A DNA stretch of 64,000 bases from Sphyrna mokarran (GCA_024679065.1 JAGIQG010000003.1:88846001-88910000), one strand, 5' to 3'. Positions 12,542 to 27,254 are shown, counted from the stretch's first letter. Notes: generated from the letters alone by a model not told the origin. Translations and numbers: made by a program.

Positions 12542-13934
12542 CTAGATAATTTATAGAGAGAGAAAAAAAAAACAGTTAACAGTTTGCTTTGTATTTATGA
12601 AATAAAAATGCTCAAGACTAGGATATTACTGCAATGGGAAAATAGGAGCGATTCCCCTACTGGAAGTGTTTCCTAATCATAATTGAAAGATTCCAGCATC
12701 TTTATTCCCAGAATTCGACATCCTTTGTCATTAAAATTGATCTTTGTCCACTTTTATGAACAGTAGAACTAAGTCCCATTTCAGGTGCAGAATTATGATT
12801 TAGAATTATTTCAAACTCAAATTTTGAGCAAAACAATATTTGATTGTCTTTAGACAGGCACCGACAATACTAAACCAGATGAATGGTCAGTACCAGCTTC
12901 AACATCAGTGAGAATTGTTGGTTATCAATATTACAGAGACTCAATTTACATCAGATTTTGAAACAGAAAATGTAAGTGCTTCCATTTTGAACTTGCCTCG
13001 TTCTGTATGCATGTTCCAAATTAAAACATCGTAGTCTGAACGACTGGTTCGGCATTGGGAAAAGAGAAGGGGAACAAGTCTAACTGAACAGGTCTTTCAA
13101 AGAGCCAGAATAGATTTGATGGGCTAAACAGCTCTATTTCATTCTGTCAAATTCTATGAAGTGTTGGGCAATAACCTCATCATCATAACTATCTTCAACA
13201 TCATGGAGGATACTTGTCAATGTAGTAATTACTTGCACTTGAAAAAAAATCTACAGCAGGCTGTAGCTTCTTCGGAGCGGCAATCATCAAAGAGATTGTC
13301 ACTGTGCCCAATTACCTTGGTGGGTTTTCTTCAATGCCTGTTTTACCTGACCTTCTGCTCAGGCTATGCCAAGTCAGGCCACACAGCTTTCCTTAAGACC
13401 CAGCAATGCAGCCCAGCTGCATTGAATGAGGACACACCACCAACCCCACATTTTTCTCAGCATTAGCTGCCCAAATCCAGGGAAGTTAAATATTCCAATG
13501 AGAAGGTCAGTGCCTATAATAAGTGAATAGGATTTCAGAGTAGGTTTGAACTCGGGGATCAGGCCAGGCCTATGAGGCAAGCATCAGGTCAGGCTTCCAG
13601 GATGAGGGAGGTTTGCTTGGCTTGACACAGGCTGGACTGGGTGGGGGAGACCCAGATATGGAGTCTGACTGGGCTCTTTACAATAGTTAGCCAAAAATTA
13701 GAAGTTCTAATTCCTTTAAGTTTTTTTGAGTAACTATTACATTTCCCTATCGGGAGCATCCAATATTTGCAATTTAAATTGCATTTTCGGATGGTTCCAA
13801 GTGTAGGGCAATTGCAGAGAGGGGTTAGCGCTTTTGGAAGATTCCCATGCAAGCCCTTACCTGTAATGTTCAAACTTTTGGTAACTCCCCCAAAGCTGTT
13901 GCAGTGGAGCTCTGAACTAAAAACCCTATAACAC

Positions 13935-14710
13935 AGTCATAGAGGTTTACAGCATGGAAGCAGACCCTCGAGTCCAACTTGTCCATGATGCCTTTTTTTA
14001 AAATCTCTAAGCTAGTCCCAATTACCCACATTTGGCCCATAGCCCTCTACACCATCTTACCCACGTAACTGTCTAAATGATTTTTAAAAGACAAAATTTT
14101 ACCTGCCTCTACTACTACCTCTGGAAGCTTGTTCCGGACACTCATCACCCTGTATGTGAAAAAAATTGTCCTCTAGACACTTTTGTATCTCTCCCTTCTC
14201 ACCTTAAACCTGTGCCCTCTAGTTTTAGACTCCCCTAACTTTGGGAAAAGATATTGACCATCTATCTGATCTACGTTCCTCATTATTTTATAAACCTCTA
14301 TAAGATGAGCCTGCTACACTCCAGGGAAAAAAGTTCCAGTCTATCCAGCTTCCCCTTATAATTCAAACCATCAAGTCTTGGTAGCATTCTAGTAAAACTT
14401 TTCTGCACTTTTTCTAGTTTAGCAATATCTTTTCTATGATAAGATGACCAGAACTGTACACAGTCTTCCAAATGAGGCCTTACCAATGTCATGTACAACT
14501 TCAACAAGATGTCCCAACTCCTGTATTCAGTGTTCTGACCAATGAAACCAAGAATGCTGAATGCCTTCTTCATCATTTTGTCCACTGTGACTCTGCTTTC
14601 AAGAAGCTATGAAAATGTATCCCTAGACCTCTCGGTTCTGTAAGTCTCCCGACGCCCTACCAATAACAGAGTAAGTCCTTCCTGGTTAGACCTACCAAAA
14701 TGCATCATAT
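13935..14710 (-). mobile_element. Decayed CR1 LINE 3' fragment
   Basis: ORF 14298-14585 contains LVRPHLEDCVQFWS...LEKVQKSFTRMLP. Confidence 0.9.
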
Positions 14711-14995
14711 AACATCTGGCACTTCTAAACAAAACAACCAATTGGCAATTATTACAATTCAAAATTGGACTACGCATTTAGTATAAATCTAGGATCATCT
14801 GTTGTAAGCAAGCCCCAATACTAACCGCTGTCTCTACTGCCAAGTCTAACAATTGAATATTAAGGTTCATGAGAATAGTTAATCTGTGGTTCATGGACAC
14901 AACAGTTGAAACAGTCATTCTAGTGAAAAAGCAAATCAAGTGATAAGATCCAAGTTGATACTGATTTATAAGAGGCATTTGTCAATCAAGTTCAT

Positions 14996-15270
14996 GGTGG
15001 CATAGTGGTTAGCATGCTGCCTCAGCACCAGGGACCCAGGTTCAATTGCAGCCTTGGATCACTATCTGTGTGGAGTTTGCACGTTGTCCCATTGTCTGTG
15101 TGGATTTCCTCCGGGTGTTCCGGTTTCCTCCCACACTCCAAAAATGTGCAAGTTAATTGGATTGGCCATAATAAACGTGCTGGGTTATGTGGATAGATCT
15201 CAGAACTGATGCAGACCTCAATAGGCCGAATGGCTTCCATTTGCACTGTAGGGATTTTATGATTTTATGA
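14996..15270 (+). mobile_element. HE1/V-SINE
   Basis: ggtggcatagtggttagc...ggttcaattgc...gcactgtagggattttatgattttatga. Confidence 0.9.
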
Positions 15271-18200
15271 AGTTTATTCAGATTTTGAGGCAATCACCAA
15301 AACTGATGGATAGCCATGACATAATTGATGCACTTCTGAATTTTAAGTAACTTTGAGATGTTGGGTGTAGAAAGAAGTAAATGAGATACAAAGGCAGAAC
15401 CATAATGGTGCTATTTGCTAAATGACACATCTAACCAGCCACAGGACAAATGACATTCACAATTCTGCTCAAAAGCACAATATCTGAATCTTTGACAATA
15501 TCATCTAGTTAAATGGAATTCTGCAAAGCCACAATTGAAATGTACAACAAAACAGAAGGCAAAATATAGAAAGGCAGCATGTTAGAAATAAAAACACAAA
15601 ATGTGAGTCAGCATTCAACAGTCAGATGCATTTTTAGAGATGGAAGTAAAATTCTGATAGAAAGTTATCAATGTGGAAGGATAATCTTGTTTCTCTCTCC
15701 ACAAATGCTGCCTGAGTAGATGATTTGTTACTCAAACTTTTTATTATTATGGGCACAGGACCAATAACCCAAGCAGGCATTGTATTAAACTCAGCAAAAA
15801 CTTTCTTCATGCTTCACTTTGCATAATCAATTCCCACTAAATACAACTCAATCACTGATAGTATCGGTAAGAGTGCCCAAGTCCACATTGAGGATACCCT
15901 CCATCTTGTTGTGTGGCATTATCTAGATGCTACATGGGGTAGCTTTCAACTCAAGGCTGGGCAAATATATGAACCACCAGCAGCAGCAGAATTATACTCA
16001 ATCACAATCTCTAACTTCTTGGTCCAGCATATCCCATTATAGTAATCATCCTCCAATTCTTATGCAAATACTGAGTGTGAACCCATCATCTTCCTGACAA
16101 TTTTCACCAGACCCTGTTTTTTTACATAATGTGCCATTGTATCTGGAATGTTATACAGAATCTGAGATTTCAAACTAGGAGAAGGCAGCAGGAGTGGTAG
16201 AGATGTGACATATCTTGTAGAGTTTACAAGGAGCTTAAAAGCACAGAAATAGATTTTCACCTATATTAAATTAGTCAGTTGATGGTACATAACTAGTGTT
16301 GCTTTGCAAGCTGGTCTAAAGAGTCCAAGATGTAAAACTTTGATGCATATCTCTATTTTCAGCAACAGTATAAAACTGTTGTCCACAAGCTATTCTCCTT
16401 CCCCATTCTTATTCAAATATGCAATATCTTGGAAATAGTATAAATGCAGGTAGCTCTGTTAAGCTTATTGTGAACATATTAGGAATATCACATTGGCTTG
16501 ATTCAAAACTCTAAAATAGCAAGTTAAATAAATAAACTGTTCTGATCATGTTATCATGAAACATGGTTTGTTAAGGAAAGTTCAAACATGTTTGAGGGAA
16601 TGTGCAGGAATAATCCGCAAGCAGAATTGCTTCTCTTTCACTTTGAAAAAATACCAAATGTGAATGAATCAAAATGAACTTTGAAACCTAGAAGAATGCT
16701 ACGTATTGAGACAGAGGAGTAGGAGTGGCCGAGGAATTGGGTAGGGTGTTCATTTCCTGTGGAAAAGGGGAATGAAACATTTGAAAAAGTGATGCAAGAG
16801 GCAATGAGAGATTAAAGCAGGAGCTGTGAATTACTTGCAGAGAATCAAGAACAGAGTAAAGCTGAAATAAAGCTTCCACCCATAAACGCCTCAAATTCAA
16901 GGAAAACAGAAATAAATAACGTGCTTTACTTGCCACCTACAAGCATGGAATGCATACACCAAGAAGCCATTCAGCTCACATATGCATCGTCTAGTCCCAT
17001 TCGATTGCCCTTTCCTCATAATTCTGTATTCCAAATGTGCAAGTCTTATCAGGGCAATATTAGGGTTGGGGGCAGGGGGGTGGTATCTTTTTACTGTGCA
17101 GTCTTCCATTAGTGTGGTTCATCCATTTAGTGAGGTTCAATGAGGGTCAGAGGTGGGGATGTTACCCATTGCTTGTTAATTCCAATTTTCCTTTTGGGCT
17201 ACCAACAATAATCGATTTAAAGGGAATAACATTTGTATTAAAAAAATGTAGTAGTCAGTGAAGGTCTAAAACATAGAAAATTCTAATGCAGGCACCTACT
17301 TTTAAGAAAAAAATTTTTCTAGTATAGCTCAAAAGTAACTTCTTCAATAAAATATTTTTCATTTTTGCTGAAAGTGCAAGGATTTTTTTTAATTTTTAAA
17401 ATGAGCACAAACCAAATAAGTCTTTTTTTATGGAAGAATTTCAAAAGAACCTTCATGTTACACCTCAGTATAAAAACTGAGTAGTGTTATCTACTTGACT
17501 GTTGAGTTTCTAACTTACATAATAGCAGAGTCAGAACTCAAAGCCCATCTGAGCCAGAGTTCCAGTTAATGGAATCAAAGAATGGTGCAAATAAAACAGT
17601 TGGAGCTCTTTGCAACATTCAAGGTTAGCTGTTTCAGCCTCCAGTCTAATGAGAGGCAGTTGCCCTTCAATTCAGCTCTTTCAGCATTAAGCAACGCACT
17701 CTTTAAATGGGCTTTCAACTGTCTGTGGTAAATTTCAACTTAGGCCAACTTTAGACATTACAAATCACAATTGGACATCTTTGCATGCAATCTCATCCTT
17801 TCCATCATTCCTACAACTAGGTAGCCATTCATCGTAATCACAAAAAACAATTAGAGTCAACAGGACTGCTCTCTGCCCTGCTTCAGCAATGTAATTAATG
17901 ATCAATTTAGTATGCTATTAAGTAGTCAGTTGCTGTTTTAAGGTGGCCTGCTTTAAGTCGTTCCCATACTAACATTGATAAGTAAATGAAAGTCACATTC
18001 GCATTTACCATCAGGAGTGTTGTTTGGAAATTGTTTTGTGCTGAGCCTGAGAGGAACACATGACTCGATTTGTGCCATTTTAGAGTGACCTTGTTGACCC
18101 ACCAGCCCGGGTCCTCTTCCTGATGCTCCAATCAGAGGTCTCTCCTGGCTCCCCTGACCTCCTTCCCCACTGCCAACCTCACTGACCCTCCTAGACACTG

Positions 18201-18669
18201 GTAACCTTCCAGTTTGCAGCCTTACCTGCCTTTCCCACCCTCTCCCCTCCATTCCAATTGCTGCTGACCCTTTCTCTCATAGAACCTCCCTCTCGCCACC
18301 TCTCCAATTTGCAATTTATTACCTACGATACAAAGTTGTTACTCCTGCATCTCGTGGCTCAACTGCAGAACCTTTGCTTGCAGTGAGGATTCAAAAGAGA
18401 GGGTTCAGGAAAAAGGCAGTGAGCAGGGGAGGCAAGGAGTGTGGGGCTTGATGAGCATCTTGGAGCAGGACATGTAGCAAGTAGGAGGTTCAAGGAGCAG
18501 GACAGGCAATAAGTAGATAGAAAGAGTTGGTATATTTCTTACATACGTTTAAATTGTTTTTATTTTAAATGTTATTTCATTTACTAATATAGCATTGAGG
18601 AGTATTTCAAATTACAGGGCATAATGTTTTCACGCTTTTCTGATGACAAAAATCATACAGACCTAACTA

Positions 18670-19095
18670 CAGCTAGATAGGTTGGAGTTGTCCTTCTTGA
18701 AGAAAGATTAAGAAAAGATTTGATAGACATATTCAAAATCACGAGGGGTCTGGACAGAATCGATACAGAGAAACTGTTCCCATTGATGGAAGGATTGGAA
18801 ACCAGACGACACCAATATCAAGGTGATTAGCAAAAGAAGCAATCAAGATATGAGAGAGTTTTTTTTAAACACAGCATGTAGTCAGGACCTGGAATTCTCT
18901 ATCTGAGAGAATGCCGTGAAGGTAGATTCTATTCTGGCTTTTAAAAAGTAATTGTATACTTAACCTGGCAAATCTTTCTGTCTAGATATGGAAAAAGACA
19001 GGAGAGTGGAACAAGTTAGCTGCTCGTTCAGGGAAGCAGGAAAGACACGATGGATCAAATCATCCCCTTTTGTGCTGTGAACAATCTATGATTAT
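18670..19095 (+). mobile_element. CR1 3' fragment
   Basis: LELSFLKKERLRKDLIDIFKITRGLDRIDTEKLFPL-like translation with a ctatgattatatg tail. Confidence 0.8.
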
Positions 19096-19393
19096 ATGGG
19101 GAATCTCAGACACAGACTATTAAATGTCCTGGGTCGCACAGCTCTATGGGAGAAAGTTGCCAAGAATGACTATTTGTCCAGTTTCTGGGAACATTGAGAA
19201 TATTTGTTTATTTATCAGGTCAATGAGGACATTTTGTTTTGCTGCAGATAGTATTTATGTTTTGTTGATGTTAGAATCTCCCATCTATTTGTGAGTTAAC
19301 CCTAACCAGGTGGTGGAAATGGTGGAGGAGTTTTAAATCACGTAATTCCAAAACAGGCTGCAGTGGACAATTGGCAATGGCCATATTCCATAC

Positions 19394-19522
19394 CTGCAAA
19401 CTTGTGCTTTGATCAGAAAAAGGAGAGCTAAAGAAAGTTGTAACGATGCTCATGACAGTTTCTGTGACGTATCGCTCCAAAACATTGTCAGCATGCTTTC
19501 GGTCACTCGTATTATTGCACAC
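19394..19522 (-). CDS. ITPR1: ITPR1 exon 19
   Basis: ttccag|GTG...CAG|gtatgg, 129 nt. [43 protein letters not shown]. Confidence 0.97.
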
Positions 19523-20514
19523 CTGGAAGAGAAGGGATTGATTGGTCAGTTATGTCTGGACATCAAATTCAAAGTAAAATTCTGATGCACTTAGTGATTA
19601 AAACTTAAGGATTGCTGTTGATTTGAAAACGTCACCAGGGTTTACCCTGAGAGAATGAGGGAGGTCTTTATAAACTAACTACTAATATTAAAGGATGGAA
19701 TTTGTGTGATGCTTTCGTGATCTCTCACATTGTGTTTGTCGAAACCCTGCAAAAATACCAAATACTGTGCCATTTGTCCAAGTCTCCTACCAAATTCTCT
19801 CCATATCTCCAACAGTAAATCAGGAGATATGGGAACTCCAAATGCAGTTTGTTCAAATCAATGAGCACAGTCACATCATCTCAACTGCAGCATTAAATCT
19901 GTACCGGCTACAACAATCATTGTTTTAATTCAACCCTCAGCACTTCTGCTAATTCTGGTCCTCATTCCAGAGCGACAATATCAATGATGCAGAAACAGAC
20001 AGGTTCAAATCCCATCACTACAGTTTGAGAATTGGTACTAGTTAAAAGAAATTGGAGATCAAAAGTTGCTGACAGTAAATGTGACCTTCAAGTTGATGAA
20101 CTGTGGTAAAGTTCCATCAGGTTCTCCATCCTTTGGGAAGGAAACCTGCTGTCCTTTACTGTTTTGGCATACACGTACCTCCAAACTCTCACCACCATGG
20201 GAGTTTGCTGGCTGCCCTCTGATACGGGCTAGCAAACCATTCAAATGGGAAATGAAGGTCGGCACTGCGAAAGAAGCTCCCATTGCAAAACAGATAATAA
20301 AAACAGGGGCCCTTTATGTAATTGCTGGGAATGCCTTTGGGTCATGTCCGTGCATGCACCCAAAACTTTTGCCAATCACCATCATTTTGACAGGATGCTA
20401 CATGTCAGTCTCGTGCCTTGCATTCAGTCTACAAGCAGCATTGGAAATCAAGTGTACTATATTAGCCTCCCAGTGAACATTATTTGAATATACTCTCTTT
20501 TTCAAAAGAAGAAT

Positions 20515-20762
20515 CCATAGGTTGGGAGAATTCAGAACGAGGGGTCATAATTTGAGGATAAGGAATAAACCTTTTAGGACTGAGGTGAGGAGAAATTTAT
20601 TCATCCAGGGGGTGGCGAATGTGTAGAATTCACTACCAAGGATGTAGTTGAGGCCAAAATCTTGTGTGATTTCAAAAAGAAATGAGATATAGCTCTTGGG
20701 AATCAAAGGATATGGGAGGAAGGGGGAGATCAGGATATTGAATTCGATATCAGCCATGATTC
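20515..20762 (+). mobile_element. CR1 3' fragment
   Basis: RTRGHNLRIRNKPFRTEVRRNLFIQGVANV-like translation. Confidence 0.8.
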
Positions 20763-22200
20763 CTGCTTCTAGTCTGTATTGTTTCACCGATCCGTGTTGT
20801 GTGATTGGTACATTCATGTCAAAGACCATAACAACAAACAACTGAAAACAGGAGACACACTGGACTTGCAGGGTCCTGAAATGTTAAATTTATTTCCATA
20901 TCTTTCATCTATTAGCAGTGAGGTGAAAGAGTCAAGTGGTTATAGATTTGGATCTTTTCTTCTGACACATTTGGATGGTAGAATCTCATCACCACATGGA
21001 GCTTTAAGAGCAAACAGCATAGGCAGATGTACTTAAGGGGCAGCTGAATAAACATGATCAAGAAACGAATAAAAGTATATTGTGTTAGGGTTGAATGATG
21101 ATGAGTGGGAGGAGCTTTGTGTGGGACATCAACAACAGCACAGATTTATGCTGTCTATTCTATGGAATGCTCAGTACTGGACAAGACATCCAGACCCTGA
21201 ACTGGGACACATAACCAGACCTGAATAACCCCAGGATGCTAGAAATTCAAGGTATTCTTACATGATTAACAACAAAATAAGGAGAAAAAAAGGAGCAAGG
21301 CAGGAAAATAAATAAAAGAACACCAGTTGGTAATTAAGTGCAGCTATTCTGGTCCAAATACGACACTGGTCATTAACTATGTTGTTTTCCCATCAGCTTA
21401 TTCAAAAAGGGGCCAATTCCATTCATTTTTCAAACCAGAAATGCAATATTCAAAGTTCCCAGAATGGCCCGTAGCGGAAGCTTCTCAATTCTCCAGCAGG
21501 CTACTTTGTGCCACAAAAGATTATTGTCCAGAGCTCCACTTCTCCCTCCACAAGAGAGAGGAGGGATGGTGCAGCATTTAACAGCAAGGTTTTTTTTTAT
21601 ACTCTACGTAAATATTATTGAAGCAAGTCTGAAAGGAGATGACCAGACCTCAACTCCACTACCAGCCTTATGGGCACTAGATGTGACTGTCCGCACAGGA
21701 GAGCGGTGAGGTTGTATTCAGAAGGTGGAAGGATATCTCAATATGCAGAGGAACTAGCTGACAGTAAATATTATGTTTAAAGAAACCCTTTGATCAGCCA
21801 AAGTGGGGCAACCCACAGGTTCTACCACTTACATATATTGACTGAGAATGATCAAATTCAGTACAATGAGTTTGCTGCATTTCACACTACCTGCGACTTC
21901 TAACCATGCATCTGCAGTGCACAAGTTACATCATCAATGAAAGACCTGTAGGCTCTTTCTTCAGTCTCATGTGAAAAAAGGATTTACTTCTGTCTGAAAG
22001 GATCTGCATGGGAACGCCTGTGCTTTGGGCCCTGGACTAAAGACATGATTCTGTCAAACTTTCAACTCTTCTTTTCATGCAGGCTTACATATTTGGATGT
22101 TTTAGAGCCAGTGGCTAGATTATCCTATGCCTCAGTTCAAGAAATTAAAAGACCACCCCATCCCCAAGAGACACTTACTGACATACAACGCCCATTACTC

Positions 22201-22484
22201 AGCGACACAGTGGTTAGCACAGTTGCCGCACAGTGCCTGGGACCCAGGTTCAATTCTGGCCTTGAGTAACTGTGTAGAGTTTGCATACTGCCCCTGTGTT
22301 GGCTTGGGTTACCTCTGGGTGTTCCGGTTTGCTCCCACACTCCAAAGATTAGGCCATATTAAGTTGCCCCTTAGTGTCAGGGGGATTAGGAAGGTAAATA
22401 CATGGGGTTAGGGCCTGGATATGATTGTTGTCGGTGCAGATTCGATGGACTAAGTGCCTTCCTTCTGCACAATGGGATTCTATG
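22201..22484 (+). mobile_element. HE1/V-SINE
   Basis: gcgacacagtggttagc...ggttcaattct...gggattctatgg. Confidence 0.9.
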
Positions 22485-22581
22485 GCTTCTGAAGAGGAGA
22501 AACGGGGAGATGAAGCAAGGAGCACAGAAATCAAGGGGACTCACTACAGGAAAGAATAATGATGCCCAATTCAATACTTGC

Positions 22582-22707
22582 CCTGCATATGTCAACTAGA
22601 AAGTTCTCAAAAAGCTTCCACATGTGATTGCTTGTGTAAATCTCCTTCATCTCCACCTCTGTGTCCACGTAGCAATGATTGAGAAAGTTAATGTAGGCAA
22701 TCTTCAC
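22582..22707 (-). CDS. ITPR1: ITPR1 exon 18 (GC donor)
   Basis: cactag|GTG...AGG|gcaagt, 126 nt. [42 protein letters not shown]. Not in the ORF track. Confidence 0.95.
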
Positions 22708-23816
22708 CTAGTGAAAAAAAAAACAGCATGTAGTCTCAGCAGCAAAAGCACAAGATCATTGAGGGTGAGGGTAGCTAATGCCAATTCAACTCAAACACCT
22801 AGCTGAATCATCGAGACAATGGAAAAAGCCGGCAAATGGATGAATGATACATTCTCAAATGGAGGGAAAGAGACATCTTACAACTGGAGGATTCCTCAGG
22901 AAAGAACTGCTGAATTACAAGTTGTGGATCCACTGCTTTCAGTGGAGTGTGTGGCAATGGAGAAGGACATTCAAAATAAAGGGTTTAGTAGATTAAAGAC
23001 TCAAGCATAAACACCTCCACAGAAAGTTAAAATGTTTTAAAGTTGAAAAGTGAGAATGATAATGCTGTTGTTAACCCCTTTATCAAAGCCAGCATTTGTG
23101 ACACTGGGATTGGAAGCCCATGTTTAGAATGGACTAGAATTTATTCAACTGCAACTAAACAGTTGTAAACTGGACTGGTGTTTTTGATCATCTGCACTAA
23201 CATTAGAACAACATACAAACCTACAAGTAGAGTCTGGCTGGGCTTCCCATTGACAGGTAGAAACTGAAGTCCTTTTTCCAAAGTTCCCATTCCTCTAGAC
23301 TATTCGGTTATCCATTTGCACACTTTGAATAAATTCTCACACTTTCTCACCCCTAACATGCAGCCAACCAGCCATTCAGAATTTCAACTGCATTTTCAAA
23401 CATGGGCAGCTTTGTTCATTTGGCAATGACTCATAGCTTTGTTTTAATGATGATTTCTGTGTCTTTCACTGGAAGGCAAATTCGCTATTGATATTGCAAT
23501 AGCTGGACAAAATTGGGAGGGGAAATAGGAGCTCAGATTATTCATGGCCAATGTTGGCACCACAATTCCTATTAGTTTAAATGGATCTCAAATATCAGGT
23601 CATTCAAATAACCTGCACTATTCCACATAGATTTTTTTATATAAAATCTATCAGATAAAATGGGATAGATTAGAGTGATGAGATATATGGGGTAAATTAG
23701 ATTAAACAGAATGTAGATTTAGATATCACATAGAATAAATAGGGAAGGTGGGGGATTCATATTTTTTGTTTACAAAGAATATTTCCAATGCAGTTAATCC
23801 AAGAAAGCACGCTCAC

Positions 23817-24068
23817 TTCAGGTATGCAGTCTTCATGGGTCGATACTCTCACAATGTCATCCAGGGGCAAGAGGGAGTTGCATTTAATCTCTGTGTAGAC
23901 ATTCTTGCCCTCGGTGCAGACTGCCAGCAGTTCCACCAAGTGAATGTGGTACATGAGAGGACTGTTCTCATCCATCCGATCACGCTCAGAGCGCATCATC
24001 TGTACCAGGGTCTGGAATGAGGCTCGATCATTGTAGAAAATCAGAACATCTTCTCCAGCATTTACAAG
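23817..24068 (-). CDS. ITPR1: ITPR1 exon 17
   Basis: ttgcag|CTT...GAA|gtgagc, 252 nt. [84 protein letters not shown]. Confidence 0.97.
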
Positions 24069-24869
24069 CTGCAAAAGAGCAATGGCTCAAATTAAAAAAA
24101 AAAGGTCATCAACGGTATATTGCAAACCATGCAAGTAACTGGAGCTGTGTTAGAAAATATAATTAAATGCTGATTAAGGAAGGAACCAAATGAGTTCATT
24201 AACATCTGGGGGCGCCCCAACCTGATGAATTGAATAGTTCTTGTGTGGAAAATCAGCTTGTAGTGTCTCTATTCAATTCTATCCGATTGATTGCTCTTCA
24301 GGTTGGCATTAAGGCAGTGCCACACTGCACCTGGCATGTATGGGGGTACTTGGCCAGGTGGTGTGCAATGCTGCCACCCTGTGGAGAAGTGATCCAGTTT
24401 ACCAACCTTGGTTTCTCTTATCTCAGAGAGTGGACAGGCCAAATAGAAAACTCTAAAATTTTGGTAGAATATTAATTTTTGATGTGGCCCCTCTCTGCAA
24501 CGACATTTCCTTCCTCTGCCGATTCAAATGTGGCGAGCAGCTGAGAGAAGTTGCGCAGGAAACTCAATCCACTACCAAAAGGTTTTTCGGAATTAAGGAA
24601 CATTGGAAAACTCAGCAGCTCTGATAGTGTCCATGGAAAGAGAAAAACACAGTTAGCATTTTTCAGTCTGTACAACTCTTTTTCAGAACTCCAGTTCTTC
24701 AAGCATTTTCTGTTTAAATTCACAGTATTTGGCTTGTATTTCTCAGAATAAGACTGGATAAGAGCACAAAGTTCTCTCATAATTCCCTGGTAGAGATTGG
24801 ACAGCAGGTCAGGAGTTTCTCCTTGGATGGTTTGAGTGTTGAGAGAGACACAGTTTGCAATTTTATTTT

Positions 24870-25150
24870 ATGTTCATTCAAGCTGGCTAGGTCAGCTTTC
24901 ATTGCCCATCCCTAATTGCCCTCAAGATGTTGGTGGTGAACTGCCTTCTTATACTGCTGCAGTCCATGTAGTGTAGGTACACCCACAGTGCTGTTAGAGA
25001 GGGAGTTCCAGGATTTTGACTCAGGAGCAGCAAGTGATATATTTCCAAGTCAAGATGGTGAGTGCCTTGGAGGCGAATTTCCCAAGTGGCTGTGTTTCCA
25101 GGTATCTGAATGGTCATGCTATTGGGTGGGGGAGGTGCTCTCCAAGAAGT
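24870..25150 (-). mobile_element. 3' fragment of the same ancient LINE (further + copies at about 46560-46880 and 57870-58135)
   Basis: attgcccatccctaattgccctcaagatgttggtggtgaactgccttctt...gttccaggattttgac is shared between copies. Confidence 0.7.
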
Positions 25151-25329
25151 CTGAGTTCGAAACTGGAAAGTCAGTGCATGGCACCTGGCCACCTTAACTG
25201 ACTGATACCCAATGTGCAGGTGCGTTTGCTATACCCATAGTGCTGGATTATACTTCACAGTCTTCCAAGTGCATATTAGAGCTTGCAATTTGCACAAGTA
25301 CTCAAAAATTTTAGAATTTTGTTTAGTCT

Positions 25330-25670
25330 TTCATGGGATGAGAGCATCACTGGCAAGACTGGAATTTGTTGCCCATCCCTAATTGCCGCGACTGGCTGAC
25401 TAGGCCAGTCACAAGACAATCACATTGCCTCCAGACTTGAGGCCGAGGTAGGCCAGACCAGGTAAGGATGGCAGATTTCCTTCCCTAAAGGAAGTGGAGT
25501 TTTTTTTTAAAAACAACAACCATATTTGTCACGGTTACCATCACTGAGATCAGCTTTACACTTGATTCACCAGCTGGCATGGTAGAATTTGTACATGTGT
25601 TCCCATGGCTTTATCCTAGGCCTCTGGATTACTTGTCCAGAAACATCACTGTTGTACCAACACACCTCCC
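25330..25670 (-). mobile_element. Copy of the second SINE family
   Basis: gccagaccaggtaaggatggcagatttccttccctaaagg is the reverse complement of the core. Confidence 0.8.
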
Positions 25671-25715
25671 CCGCTTTCAAAACGAGACCGGGAACATTCA
25701 ATCGGTATACCTTAC

Positions 25716-25916
25716 CTCAGCCATTACCATGTCCTGGCACTTCTTGATAAACTTCCCTTCAGCCTTCACAATTGTTTGCAGAAACTTGAGATACTGGACA
25801 TTGCGGCCGTGTGTCTCAATACAGTGGACAAAGTGCTGCACCACACGCTCGTTTATCTCGCTGCAGAGCTGATAGTTGTTCATGAAGATGTGCTGCATAG
25901 TGACAGCCTCTAGAAT
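25716..25916 (-). CDS. ITPR1: ITPR1 exon 16
   Basis: ttccag|ATT...GAG|gtaagg, 201 nt. [67 protein letters not shown]. Confidence 0.97.
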
Positions 25917-27254
25917 CTGGAACAAAAGAGCTTCTTAATTGAGCCTCAAATTTTCTTTCTGCCCTATGGCTGATAGGAATGTCTCCTGCCTGCTACTGGC
26001 GAGTGTTGGAAGGATTTGCACATTGATAGTCAACTTGTTTGATGGCATCAGGAGCTCACCAAGGCCTGGAATGAGGCTTGAACCCAAGCTTCTGGCTTGA
26101 GAGGCTCCATTGCACCCAAAGACTCCTGACTAAACAACCAGTGGCTTCTTAAATAGTCTCAGAATTCTTGACACTCACTACTTATGTCTTGAGCATGATT
26201 TCCTATATTGATCATTGTTAAGAACAACAAAATCCTGATATCATCTTAATTTCTGTTTTGAACATATTCCTCTTTTAATACTGCCAAAGACTAATTTAAA
26301 GGGATTTAACTTTAACTACAGTGTAATCTTGAGTTCATGACGTGGTCAAACAGGTCAAGTATCAATCTGTCAATGCACGCCAGTGGCAATCTGAAGAAAT
26401 TCCTGGAAAATTCACAGATCAGCAAGTGCAATGATAGAAGCTACAGGCAGTTTCACTGAGTGAGTTTCATTTCAGTTCAGCTTTTTACAGCATTATCTAA
26501 AAAACTGATCTGCTAAGTTTCTAAGTATCGAGAAAACTGCATGCTTCAGATTTGTTAGAATTAAAGGTTTCCCCTTGACATACTCAGAACAACAGAAGTG
26601 GAATACATTTCCGATGGGGGGGTGGTGTTAAGAGAAATCCCCTCTTCAAAATTAGGACAATATTTCAAAGTGTAAAGTGGTAGATATTTGATTCAACTCC
26701 TCCAACATCTCTCCCTCTCATTTCAGGCAAAGCACAGAAGTGAAAAGTTATGTGAGATTTCACAATTTCTCTGGTGTCCTGCCTTTCTGTGAAGCAGAAT
26801 AAGATGTTCAGCTGGTGCATTTAAGATTGCAATGAGAAGCTTTTTGGATGGGAAGGGAATCCCAAAAAAGGGGACTGTGGGAAGGAATGTGGAGTTGGTG
26901 CTGAAGTTCAGTCATGACCTGCCTGAATAGAGAATCAGGCAGTTTGAGGACTTACACAGTATTGATTTTACCTTCTTGTCTCTCACTGACGACAGATCAG
27001 AAAGGGCTACCTTTACTGTGATCCATAATTCAGGTGTCCCATTCAAAGTTCAGGGATCAAAAAGGGATTGCTAACTACAAGTTGGAAAACAGCCAAGTAA
27101 TAGCCTATCTGACGTACTCTCCAGTTCAGGGAGCGGAATTAAATGTGATCGGGATATAATTCATTTTGAATGCTACAATTTAAGTTAATTGGAGGCAGTA
27201 GTTCCTGAACTGGGGTATTTAACATAGCATATTTCTAACCAAATGATGGGAGAT

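Noticed and set aside
24348-24385. Second CTCF-like motif (ccacagggtggcag on minus)
   Set aside because: Two mismatches to the core consensus, so expected by chance in 64 kb.
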